In this document: piece after piece, positions 12,243-24,085 of the stretch | How positions within the stretch are numbered: position 1 is the stretch's first letter | How the letters are laid out: each line of letters starts with the position of its first letter | Origin: Trichodelitschia bisporula | Taxonomy: Eukaryota | Length of the DNA: 64,000 nucleotides | Reading direction: 5' to 3' | Assembly: GCA_010356995.1 (NCBI GenBank) | Contig: ML996687.1 | Location: 125,803 to 189,802 of the forward strand | Notes under the pieces: model-generated | What the model saw: the letters and a program-made list of their open reading frames with translations, nothing else | Database searches by the model: none | What the model was told of the DNA's origin: nothing | Program-made: the position numbers and the translations under genes

Positions 12243-12836
12243 TCACCCAGCTCCTTTCCCGCCATCCGGGTGCCCCTTCTCGCCCCCCGAGTGCAAAACG
12301 AGCAGCAATATAAAAGTCGCCACTAACCCAACGAAAACCATCCCGAAGAATAAGTTTACGAAGAGGATGACGAGCCTCCGCCGTCTCTCCTGACGGGCGA
12401 TGCTCGACGCCATGCTCCCCGCATTCATGGGCATCAACCATTCCTCGACGATCATGTTATCCGGACTGTTCATCGGACTCGGTGTCTCCTCTGCGGGCGG
12501 ACTGCTCGCCCCGCTTCCAGTGTTTAACGGGCTCATCTCGATTTGGGCTCTCCATGCTTGCTCGGCCGCACCGTGAGGACCGTCGTCGGTGGCGCTGGGG
12601 GGGTGGAGGGTGCCGGGGATGTTGATGGCGGCGTCGGCGGAGGGGGTGTAGGCTGAGGCGGGTGTGTAGGCTGGTGTGTAGGCTGGTGTGTGGGCTGGTG
12701 TGTAGGCTGGTGTGTAGGCTGGTGTGTAGGCTGGTGTGTAGGCTGGTGTGTAGGCTGGTGTGTAGGCTGGTGTGTAGGCTGGTGTGTAGGCTGGGAGGGG
12801 AGGGATGATGGGCCCGGAGTATGGCATGTCCGTCAT
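12243..12836 (-). CDS. Hypothetical single-pass membrane protein with (PAYT)n repeats
   Basis: Open frame from ATG 12836; Pro-rich N-terminus, RRRR then hydrophobic 24-aa segment near C-terminus. Confidence 0.6.
   Translation of the reverse strand: MTDMPYSGPIIPPLPAYTPAYTPAYTPAYTPAYTPAYTPAYTPAYTPAHTPAYTPAYTPASAYTPSADAAINIPGTLHPPSATDDGPHGAAEQAWRAQIEMSPLNTGSGASSPPAEETPSPMNSPDNMIVEEWLMPMNAGSMASSIARQERRRRLVILFVNLFFGMVFVGLVATFILLLVLHSGGEKGHPDGGKGAG
12661..12792. repeat. 12-nt minisatellite GGTGTGTAGGCT x11 (coding)
   Basis: 11 tandem units, one variant (Tyr>His). Confidence 0.95.
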
Positions 12837-13124
12837 TTTGGGTGGTGATGGTACTGGCACGCGGAGGAGTACTTGGACTTCTTTAAGTACTAGCTGTAAC
12901 AGCAGAGGTAAAGCGAGACGGGGAGGGTATCAAGCGAGGATGATGGTGCCATCGGCGAGCTGACGTGGAGAACTGTGCGATGCCTCAGGAGATCTGATAG
13001 CTACCTAGGCGTACCAAACTATCGCAACAGCGAGAAAGGGACCTAAGTCGCCACCGAGCCGTATTATCAACACCAACGAAGTCCACAGCGCCAGCCCTAT
13101 CTTAGCGAAGCCACGAGGCTCTCG

Positions 13125-15216
13125 CTACACAGACCCACCGCTCACCGTCCCAGGCGCGCGCCTAGCCTTCACACTCCTCATACTCAACCGCTGCCTCTTC
13201 CGCTGCCTATGCACTGGCAACCCCTTCGGCCCGGCAACAAGCCACGCCGACAAGCTCCTCCGCTGCCCGATCCCCTTCCCCTCGGGACTAAACACTTCCA
13301 CCTCCGGCAGCCGCGCGTCGTCCACGCTGCCGAGCGGGACAAACATGGCATCTTGCGGAGCCTCGAGTTGCCTACGTCGCACTTGCGCGACTATTTCGAC
13401 CCACCCGCAGCCTGCTATTAGAATGTCTGTTGCGTACATTGCGAACGGGAGGCGCTCGGGCTTGAGGCCTACGTCGTCTTTGCGCGTCAGTGGGCCGGCG
13501 TATTTGCGCGTTACGTCTGTTGTGAGGCGGAAGCGGCCTGCGGAAGCCATTTTGGAGTACACGGACGGGTCGGTGATAGTAGGGATGCCTGTCTCGCGCT
13601 GGCCCGTTTGGATAAGCTCTGCCTTTTCGGTAGAGGTAAGATGTGGCTGCAGGGGGACGAAGGGGTGGATCATGAAGATCTGGTCCGGGGTTGTGGGTGT
13701 GATGCGTACGAGGCCGCCGAGGAGGACTGATGACCCGGGCTTGACAACTATGCGTTCTGGTGCGAGGCGGGTTTGCATGATGAGATCGAGTTTGTTCTCT
13801 GGCTTGACGTAGGCTTCTAGCGTTTTGCGTTCTAGACCCGGTAGGTCGACTAACTCGCCTCGTCCGTTGCCAAAGGGGACGCGGATGGGCGATGCCGTGG
13901 TGCCGGGCAGCTCTGAAATGACGGGCATGACGGGATACTTGGTTTCCTGTTGTGGCGGCGGTAGGAGACTGTCGGTGTCCGAGAAGTCTTCGGGTTGCGA
14001 GTAAGGCTCCGGAGCGCCGATGACGGGGGTATACGACGCCAGCGGCTCTGCAGCGTCCGACTCAGCCGACACATCCTGCCTCGCCTGGTCAAGAAGCGCG
14101 CGTTTGCGCGCTTCTTCGCGCACACGGTCCAGGTTCACATCTTCACCACGTCCTTTGGGGAATACTGCCTCAAACAGGTTACTCTTGCCGACGTTGACTT
14201 GCCCGACGAACCAATTGCCGCCTCCGCGCTCCCAAATGGCTTCTTTGACATCTTTGGTCCACCACCCGCGCTTTGCACTCACACATCGCACTTTCCCCAG
14301 CCGCACAGAATGGCCGGACTTGCCCAATGCATCACGCAGAATCTCTTGTAGCACTGGCATCATAGTGTCGACATGCTCCTTCTTCGCCGCCAGAAGGTCC
14401 GACCGCGTGATGATGAAGCTCATCTCCGCCGCTTCACGCCCATGAGCGTAGTGATGGGTCTTAGACCGGCGGTTCCGAGAGCGAATGTGGGCGAGCGAAA
14501 GATGCTGCTGAATATTTGGGATAAGCGACATAGGGAAGTCGGCCGCGTCAATGACATGAAAGATGTGATTGCGTTTATGGGGCGATTCCGAGAGCGTCGC
14601 TTCGAGCGCATCTAGCGAGGGATGGGCTATGGATACTCCGGTACGGTGGTGGATGAGGTTATGGCAGCGGTCGCATATGGGAACGGCTGGGGGCGCCGGG
14701 GATGTCGACGGCGCGGAAGCTAGATGTTCAGCCTTGTGCTCGGGCATGTAGGAAAAGCTTACCTGGGAGCTCGGCCACACCGAGCTGCTCGCGGACATCT
14801 TCGGGCACATTTTCCAGTGCCGAGCTGAAGACTTGGTCCTCCGCAGCAGACTCCCCATGCTGGTACCCCAGAAATCTTCGCACGCCGCCGCGCGTCAGTG
14901 TGTAGAAGCCAGCCTCGTCAGGCTCGACAATTTGGCTTGGTGCGCCGCATCCGGGGCAAGCTAGGGGTAGTGACAATATTGGGTTGCTCGGTGGGCTGGA
15001 TTCTGCATCTTGAGGAGCCTGAGATGGCACATCGGCGCCAATTGTTCGTCTTGTCGAAGTCGACAGAAATTTCGCCTGTGCGGGAACATATCGTCGGATG
15101 GGTGGGCGAAACGGGGCGCGCGCAAGGGCAGGACAGAGGAATAGCGGTACGGAGGAGCGCGCAAGAGCGATCTCTTTGCGGAACACTTCGGTGAGCAAGG
15201 CGGTATTTAGCTTCAT
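13125..15216 (-). CDS. GEP3: Mitochondrial circularly permuted GTPase GEP3/MTG3 (NOA1/YqeH family; intron 14720-14762)
   Basis: Mitochondrial-type presequence, CPGC…CDRC Zn ligands, DAADFPMS, G4 TRSD, G1 GQVNVGKS, G2 PGTT, G3 DLPG, GCGWVE. Confidence 0.9.
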
Positions 15217-16100
15217 GTCGTCGTCCGTCGCTGGTGGGGAGGCTTGAGATCGAACACAGCACATGTAGATGTCGCAGGGTTGGAGCCTTGGCGGTCTCGG
15301 CGTTTGCGGAGAGGGCTCCGCAGAACGTCAGGATCGTTCTCCTCGAACGCACGACAGCAATTGAGGTTTTGATTGAGCTTCCTCATATCGTCACAGCTGC
15401 ACTAAGCAGATAGGGGAGCATTGATAAAGTCTAGTTGATTTTGAGCGCGGATTGAGTGATGCCATGTCGGAGTTCTTCAAAACGACAACTTCAAGTGGGC
15501 AGGACATATCTATTTCAATCATTCATAGAGTCTCGGCGGCCATCGTTATTCATGACAAGTTGGACACCTTCATTTCCTGCGCTGTATACAAAACGCCACA
15601 GTGCTGTAGTCTGCTGTCCCAAGTGCTGGAGTTTACGACCGTCTTCGGGACGAACCGTGACGATGCCCCACCGAAGCCGGGCCACATTGGCCGTGAACGA
15701 AGCCGTGCCTAGCCCTTGAGAAGCTTACCGGAAACTTTATCGGCTGCGCGGTCAATACAGAAGATCAGTACATGGTGCGAGAGTCGGACCCATGAGGAGT
15801 GTGGCTACGAATCGTGTCTGCTCAATTGCGAGGATTTGGTGACCGGGTTAATTGATGAGGTCATCGAGGGTAGTTGGATGTTCGTCTTAGTACGGCCGGG
15901 GCAATACAATTACACTTAAAAGACAGCGACACTGGGAGAATGCCAGTGACTTAAGCAATGGTTCCAACCATAGAGCTCAGTGATAATGGAGAGATGACGT
16001 TAACTGGCGATGGCATCTGAAAACGCCAAGTGTCTTCGGAATCGGAGAATCATGATCCGCGCTCGGCTTTTCGGCACCGAAATAGTTGCCGGCCCCTCTC

Positions 16101-16110
16101 AGCCAATCAG
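16101..16110 (+). promoter_or_regulatory. CCAAT box in the GEP3/aspartate aminotransferase divergent promoter
   Basis: AGCCAATCAG fits the extended Hap/CBC consensus, ~235 nt upstream of the ATG. Confidence 0.4.
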
Positions 16111-16338
16111 CGACGGCGCTATCCCCAGATTTCGCGCGGGTTGTGCGCGCAACGTCCGTGCTCAACGTGGGTTGATGTGTCACTTTCTGGGGCAAGTTTG
16201 TCGACAAAAAGAAACGCAACCCGATCACCACATCGCACGATTTTTTTTTCGACCGGTAGGCGCAATAGAACGACCACCTTCACCACAATCGCTATCTCCC
16301 TGATCATTACTAGTCAATTAAGACAGAAATCTGTGACA

Positions 16339-17855
16339 ATGTTGGCGCGCCAGGTCGCTCCGCGCGGGCAGCTTCGTGCCGCGGCGCGGATGATTTCCGC
16401 TTGGGCTAAGGTCCCCCAGGGTCCTCCTGTGAGTTCTCGCGCATCGCATTGCTGCGATAGCTGCTAATCTTTGCAGGACGTAAGATCCCGCCCAATTGAG
16501 CTCCCAGCGGTGCTAGATATCAGGTCGAGCTAACCGCCGCCCGCAACAGGCCATCCTCGGTAAGCTCCTGCATCCTCGGCGGTTGGCGCATAGTCACTCA
16601 TGCGCACAGGTATCACCGAAGCGTTCAAGGCGGATTCCAATCCCAAGAAGATCAACCTCGGTAGGTCTTCCCCATTACATTGCCAGCACCGGTGTTAACC
16701 ACCCAGGCGTCGGCGCCTACCGTGACGATCAGGGTAAGCCCTACGTCCTTCCGTCGGTTCGGCAGGCGGAGAAGTCCCTCGTGGATGAGGCTTTGGACAA
16801 GGAGTACGCTGGCATCACCGGTGTCCCGTCCTTCGTGAAGGGTGCAGTCGAGCTCGCCTATGGCCCGGACAGCCCAGTCATCAAGGAAGGCCGCGTCGCG
16901 GCGACTCAGACCATCTCGGGCACTGGCGCCCTGCGCATCGGCGGCGCGTTCATCCAGCGCTGGTTCCCCGGACAGAAGAAGGTCTACATCCCGACTCCGA
17001 GCTGGGCCAACCACGCTGCCGTGTTCAAGGACTCCGGGCTGGAGGTCGGCACGTACCGCTACTACAACAAGGACACGATCGGTCTTGACTTTGAGGGGCT
17101 CATCGAGGATTTGGCTAAGATGCCGAAGGGATCGATGGTTATGTTGCACGCCTGTGCTCACAATCCCACTGGTGTTGACCCGACCTTCGAGCAGTGGCGG
17201 GCGATCTCCGATGCTGTGAAGAAGGCCGAGCACACGGTCTTCTTCGACATGGCCTACCAGGGCTTCGCATCTGGCAGCGTCGACAAGGACGCCTTCGCCG
17301 TGCGTCACTTCATCGAGGAGGGCCACCGCCCGCTCCTCGCCCAGTCCTTTGCCAAGAACATGGGTCTCTACGGTGAGCGTGCGGGTGCCTTCTCCGTCGT
17401 CACGGAGTCGGCGGAGGAGAAAGCGCGCGTGGACTCCCAAATTAAGATCCTCGTCCGCCCTCTCTACTCTAACCCGCCTATCCACGGTGCCCGCATCGTG
17501 AGCAAGATCCTGACCGACCCCGCCCTGAACAAGCAGTGGCTGGGCGAGGTCAAGGAGATGGCCGACCGCATCATCCGCATGCGCGCTCTGCTCAAGGAGA
17601 ACCTCGAGAAGCTGGGGTCGAAGAAGGACTGGTCGCACATTACGAGCCAGATCGGCATGTTCGCGTACACCGGCCTGAACGCCGAGCAGATGAAAGTTCT
17701 GGCGGAGGAGGTATGTGGCCCTATTCTCTTCTCAGACGAAGCTAACAGCCCAGCACTCGGTATACGCCACCAAGGACGGCCGCATCAGCGTCGCGGGCAT
17801 CACGTCTGGCAACGTCGAGCGTCTGGCGCAGGCCATCTACGCGGTGACTGGTTAA
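16339..17855 (+). CDS. AAT1: Mitochondrial aspartate aminotransferase (exons 16339-16428, 16477-16479, 16550-16559, 16610-16660, 16707-17710, 17754-17855)
   Basis: Presequence; spliced [63 protein letters not shown] (PLP Lys), DGRISVAG. Confidence 0.97.
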
Positions 17856-20800
17856 ATATCAACACCATCTGCAACCTAGATATGTGATTAATCTCGATCT
17901 CCGGACGATCTAGACGGCATGGTACGGTATGGCGGCTGTAGATTACGGTAGCGGCTAAAATGCATCTGCTTTGCGCTCTCTACTCTAATACTGACTTGCA
18001 CTTTGCCGTGACTTTCCCAGTTGCTCGGTATATCCGCCCCTCGGTCCCGTGTGCGACATTCTTCGCACAAAGCCAAGCCCGCTCCCGCCTCCCGCATTCG
18101 CGGCCCGAGTCCGAACGCAAACGCCTCGGGCCCATTGCCACCTTGGCCTCACGATAATAGCAGCCCCTATCGCCATAAGCCCAGACACACCTCTCATCGC
18201 CGCTCTAAATTAAAACAAGCCGGCGGTAGAGCGGCGGCGGCGCAATACCACACCCGCACTGGCTCTATCGTGCCCCGCCGTAATTCCCGTCTACGGTACC
18301 CCCGTCCGCCACCGGTCCTACTGTGCATAAGATCTCGGAGGGCCTCCGCCGATCACTTCCCCGGGGAGAGAAGCGGCAGCGGCATCGCCGGGTCTAGACC
18401 TGCGGGCCGGGCGGGCCCCACGCGCATGCACGCGGAGGCGGTGGGCTGGGCGCCCGGCTCCGCGGGGGAGGGTACGTACCGTACAAGGGTAGTAGGGAAC
18501 CATACGGTACTGTACATAGTACTTTGGACCCTTGGTGGGTTTGCGGGAGTTCGAGCGGGAAGTGCCGCGGGGAGGTGAGAGGCCGGGTCGGAGAGTGCTG
18601 ACTGAAATGGGGATTTGGGGAGATGTTGAATGAGCGGTCGGTTTGCGGGTGGGGTTGATTGGTCCATTGGTCGTGGCCCGGTGTCGGTATCGCGGCTGGC
18701 GGCTGGCGGGTGTGGTCCATGGATCCGGGGCGCGGCGCGGCGCTGCGGGCGTGGGCTGAGGGGTGCGTCGCGTGGTGCTGGGGGGCCGAGGACATAGGCA
18801 CGATAGGTTGGTACTATGCCGTCTGAGGATAGAGCCGGTGGTTGTGCTGCGGGGAGTGGGGTGGGCTTGACGGTTAGGCGGGTTGATATTACATCATTGA
18901 TTGAATAGAGAGCCGGGGAGGAGGGGTGATAAGATTACCGACTTCCGCTGTATCGTCGTCTGGTGGGCTGTCCTCGTCTGGCGGGCTGATGTTGAAACAG
19001 GAGCCGGGGAGCTGGAGTTGGGTATTCGGTGTTTCCGATCGGTGGCCCGCTCTCGTGGAAGATGCAGGGCAAATCCACGGGTGTCGCAGGTGGGCGGTCA
19101 ACGGCTGGAATCGCGCGGGCGATCCCGGCGGGGTACTTGGGGTGGACGACGGTGGAGGAGTTGCTGTTACGCATGACGACGGTATGACGGCGGTTCAATA
19201 TGGTGGTGCGGGGCATTGATGCCTGTCCGACATTCAACAGTGCTGTGGTCGACCGACCACGATGTACATATCTCACGAAGTTTGGCCAATGGGGGTTCAG
19301 ATAGTGAACTTAACTTCCTCAATCCTGCACTCTCACTGCTGCACCGTGAAGAGCTTGTCGCCTGTCTGGCCACTCTTCGTCGTCTCCTGGTCGGCTCTGA
19401 GTCTGTCGGATGCGGAAAACCCACGCGAAGTGCTAAAGGACCACGGAACAGCAGAAGAAATACCGGGGTATCGAGCTGTTCGCCTACTGGACAGCGGGCT
19501 GACCTCCGGCACGACGCCGACTGCCTTAGAATGGTTAGTACTGGACAGCCGGGCCGCATGCGATGCCGGCAGACATGCGAATCTGAGGTCGCAGACGCGA
19601 GACTTGGCGCCATGCCCGGTGTCGTAGGAGGCGTTCTGTAGCGTGCGCGCGCAGACTCACGGACAGCCAACGGATTAAGTGATAGTGGGGGGAGTGTCAA
19701 CGACGAGCCCGTGCAGCGGGACATGACGATGATGCCATCGAGCGGAGTGCTGCGCGCAGCCGCGCGAGGTGAAATTCAAGATTTGACAGTTTTCAAGACT
19801 TCAACGTCCATGCCATCTCCATATATAGCGCACTGACTTGAGATGAACAGGATAAGTTCAGGAAAGAGTAATGAGAAGAAGAACCTGGTTGTCCCTTCCT
19901 CCTCTTCCTACTTCCTCCTCGTCCTGCTCCTCGCGACTGCCTTCTCTCCCAATCTTCTCTCCCACTCGACCGCTTCGGCCCTCCCCCCGCTTCACTCCCC
20001 AACCGGCCCCACCACCCCAAACCTTTCCCACGCCTAACCGTTTCCAGAGCGGGCTATGACGTAGGAGCCGTTGGCACGGAAATGCGGGCCAGACCCTGCT
20101 CCTTCGTCCTGCCCGGCCTCACTGCTCCAAGGGAAAAAAGAAGACCAGAGGCCAAAAAGCACCGCTCCAGCAACTGGCAAAGCAAAACGGAGCGATGCGC
20201 GCGCTGACTCTTCAGCCCCTCTCCCAATCCCCCATACAGCAATCGGCAGACCCTCCTGCCCTCGATCCACATACACCGGTTTTCACGCACACTCGCTCGC
20301 CTCTCCGTTCCACCTCCTCCGCCCAATCCAACCACCCCCGTCGCTACGCGCGCCGCATGATTGTTTCCGGTCGTTCGAGAACGTTGGAGCGTTGGGCGCA
20401 CAAGGAAACCGGCTGCGCACCTGGCATTTTAGAGTGTCAACACCGGACGTCCATTCTTAGCATCACTCGTATGGGGTACACTGGCGGCTTGCCGTCTGGT
20501 CTGATTCGGGCCTTGGAGGCGGCCACGGATATGTGCACAGTACTCGCACGTTGTCCTGGTCATCTCGCAACCGTCCAGATACCCGAAAGCGGCGCCCATC
20601 GGTAGCGTGCTTCTTTTGGGTTGTCGGTGTTCAGCAGCTCGAGTCCAGTGTTACAGACTGACTACGGTGGAAGTCATGGGAATCAAAACATCTCAAGGTC
20701 AGTATCAAGGTCAATCCCCACTCGTCATGATGAAATGCAATCGTGCGCCCACCAATCCTACCGTTTCCGGAGCAGATCGGAGGTGTGCAGCAATGTCGCA

Positions 20801-22096
20801 GGCTTCGACATAAACTCGCCATGCTTTTCGCCTCGCCTCGCAGCAGGCGGGTGGCATTCGACCGCAATCGCTTGACGCCGCCCGTCAGCACAAAGCGGGC
20901 GGCGGGGGGCGCGAGGAATCTAGAGCCTCTGATCGTCAGGTCGAACGGAGCAATCATGGCGGCGCAAAGCAGACAGCAGCATGCGCCAGAGCAGCACCCG
21001 CGTGCCGCAGAAGGCAGCAAGCCCTGCCGAGCGGAGATGGCGAAGTCGTGAGCTGTGCAGCCCGTGTTTGTCTCCGAACATCTGCCTTTGCTGCCCCGCC
21101 ATTCCACACAATCCTAAATGTTCCCAGCATCAAGGGCCCAACGCGAGAAGCCCATGACCCCACCTTTGCCTTGCCATTTTTGCGAAGAGCTAATAGGCCG
21201 GCCGGATATCTTTATTCTTTCTTACTCTATCGTGCCTTACCTTGTGTGCCTTTTGCATAAGTCCCACCTCCATCCTGTTCTTGGTCCATTTTATCATAAT
21301 CTTCTCATCTGAGTCCCGCCGTCCTTCCATATCACCGTCATCATTACCATCACCATCCCTCAGCGCTGTACCCCACCACCACCCTGTGATTTCCCGTGCC
21401 GTCGATTTCACCTAGGGGTCCCGCTTCCGCTCTTGCCTTTTACTATCCATTCCTTGCGCGCCTTGCCCCTCCTCTTCGAGCCACCCCTCCAACCCCTCCC
21501 CCCTCTAACCCCACCCAACACACACCGTCCGAGCCTGCCGAGCGCCTACCAATATCGCGCTACCTGTTCCTTACCAGTCAGCGCAAGCACTAGCTCGGGA
21601 ATATCAAAGCAGGTGCTTTGCAGCGGCCCTTAAGCCACAGGCTTGCCTCTCTGAAATCGCGAAACTTATCCTTCCCAAGCGCGCATCGAGCCGAAGCAAA
21701 GCAGAAAGAGCTCAAATTTGCCCCCCCCGCGCTTCTCCACAAGCATCGCCTTTGTCCCTATTGTACTTATCGACCCTAAAATTTTTTTTTCTTCCAGTCT
21801 TCTAGACCGCATCAAACCCGCAAGCAAACTCATACGCTCCCCCGCACGCTGTCCAGGACCTAGAACTTTACCTTCTATCACCACCTACGCACACCACATT
21901 CGCGTGCCCCTGCGTCATCAGAAACACCTGGACCCGGTGACCTCATCCACATCTTTGGATCTCCACTCTGCCTGTTTTTGCACACCCAGATCCGCTTCGG
22001 AAATCGGAGCTCCCGCTACGTCAGCAACACGTAGCTATTACACGTCTGAGGGCTTAGCGATTCTTAAGAAAACTTTCACCCAAAGCGCAGGTCAAG

Positions 22097-22647
22097 ATGC
22101 CGTCCAAGGAGGCAAGTATCCGCTTTTGCTAGCTCATGGATCGGGTGCTAACATATAGTAGATAAAAACTCCGGAGCAGCTCGTCCGGCTCCTCGAGGCC
22201 CACCCGGACCTCTTTGAGGTGTCGACCTTCCAGCAGATCCTTGAGATGGAGGATGACGACGAGAACCCGGTGGCGTTCAGCAAGAGCATTGTAGCGGACT
22301 ATTTTGACCAGGCTGATCTGACGTTCAAGCAAATGGACGAATATTTGTGGGTCAATGCTCCCTTCAACGGCTGCTGCTAACAAGCCCCCAGGGAGAAGCA
22401 AGACCTCAAGAACATCTCCAAGCTTGGTCACTTTCTTAAGGGCTCATCGGCTACACTTGGTCTGACCAAGCTCAAGGATAGCTGCGAGAAGCTGCAACAT
22501 TACGGTGACCGGCTCGATGAGGCGGGGCACAACCGAGTCTCGGACAGCCAGGTTAGCCTGCGGAATTGCAAAAAGACGATTGAACAAGCCCGGCGAGAGT
22601 TCAAGGAGGTGGAGGACATCCTGCAACCCTTCTACCAGGACGACTGA
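22097..22647 (+). CDS. YPD1: Histidine phosphotransfer (HPt) protein Ypd1 (introns 22112-22161 GC-AG, 22347-22391)
   Basis: Not in the ORF track; TFQQILEMEDDD…FSKSIV..YFDQA..TF; LGHFLKGSSATLGLTKLKDSCEKLQHYG with phospho-His. Confidence 0.93.
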
Positions 22648-23058
22648 CGCGTGACGACCTGAAAAGTGGTAGAGAAGGTAGGAGGGCAAGTTAATGGCCA
22701 ATGGGGACGGCAGGCTGAGACGGAGTAGCCATTTTCACATTGTTTCTTTGCCTTTTCCCAACCTTCCCGACGACCATGTTATGACTATGGCTACTCGAGC
22801 CCTATGTTTTTTCTTTGCATTAGACAAGCGGTTCCTCTACCCCTCGCTTGTGCTACGCTGTTCTTGTAAGAGACGGGTCCGGTCATCGCGGGCATGCCGT
22901 GGGGGGATGACTAGAGTTCGGGCCATGCTCGCCTTTGACAGTTGTGAGCGGTGGCCAGAGAGTGTGTGAAAGGCCTTGATCGGGTTTCCGAGTTGCCTTC
23001 AACCGGAGCCTACCCCTTTTCTCTTCCCCGGATGGTTGTACGGACTTTGGATTTTGCA

Positions 23059-23700
23059 TTAGCGCATTTGCCATCTACGGATACCTTGTTTTATACCAGG
23101 TCGACGGGAGGGGTTAGCCATTATGTACGCCCTTGTTGATGATCGCTCAATATGCGGAGCAGGAGGCATGTGCGGATATATGTTGATGGGTAGTCTGTCG
23201 TTGAGTATGCTATGTGGCGGAAAATTCATGCAGTTGCTGCGCTCTAGATCTGAGCTGTTCTGGTTCAAGGGTTTGTGCTCGGCTTTACTGACGTCCTCAA
23301 CCCTGGAGTTGTGGATCACAAGTCTGGGCTTTGGAGAAACTGGGACCTGGAAGCTGGTGCCTCGTGGCTTTATTGATGAGGTCTCGTTCTTCGGGGTCTC
23401 GCCGCTCTGATACAGGTTTGATGTAGTCGAGGATCTGGATGCGGCGTTCCGAGACCATTTAGGAGTGCTGTGATGGGAACGTTTTGATGACGAAATCTGC
23501 GCTCCATAAATACTCCCCGCGCTCCCTTCACGAAATCTCTCGACATGTTGCTCATCATCATCTCTTCCGATGGCTTTGCCTGGCACGATCGTCGACGCAA
23601 TAAAGTCAAAGTCACATGACGGTCCCATCTCAAAATCCACCTCAGGCGTCAATTGTTGCCTGAATCGCCAACGACGTCGGAGATCTCTCAACGACTTCAT
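23059..23700 (-). CDS. Possible orphan protein (213 aa, Ser/Arg-rich)
   Basis: ATG-initiated 213-codon ORF in less GC-biased DNA; no recognisable motif. Confidence 0.35.
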   Translation of the reverse strand: MKSLRDLRRRWRFRQQLTPEVDFEMGPSCDFDFIASTIVPGKAIGRDDDEQHVERFREGSAGSIYGAQISSSKRSHHSTPKWSRNAASRSSTTSNLYQSGETPKNETSSIKPRGTSFQVPVSPKPRLVIHNSRVEDVSKAEHKPLNQNSSDLERSNCMNFPPHSILNDRLPINIYPHMPPAPHIERSSTRAYIMANPSRRPGIKQGIRRWQMR

Positions 23701-24085
23701 CTCGTCATCAGGGCGGACGAGTTTACATTTTCAGTTTAAGCGCGCTTTTTTGCTTTTTAAAGAACGTCTAGGAATTGATGTTAATTTTGACATTTATCTT
23801 GTTGAATCAGACAGCCTCTTTATTGATGTCAACCATGTCAGCCTTCATGATTTCTTGAGCACATATCGTACGGAGAACGGACGCATGGTTCGTTGCCTCC
23901 GCAACTCAAGTTGCCTGATCCACCTTGGATGCGCAATTGAAACAGAGCTGGTGAATCTTATATCCGGCAGGCCGACTCGAACTCGGATTTCATTCGATTC
24001 CAGGAGCCAACATCACGGCCTCATTTTCCGTTTCTTTCATGGCCATCCATCCGCCGCACCTGCATTCCTTGGTACTCTTTACACC

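Noticed and set aside
12661..12792. Repeat array as CRISPR or telomeric repeat
   Set aside because: No spacers, eukaryotic context, not TTAGGG; it is an in-frame coding minisatellite
23570..24085. 172-aa N-terminal extension of the 2H phosphoesterase ORF
   Set aside because: Overlaps the opposite ORF, has non-coding-like composition, and a better-context ATG (ACACCATG) lies at 24086
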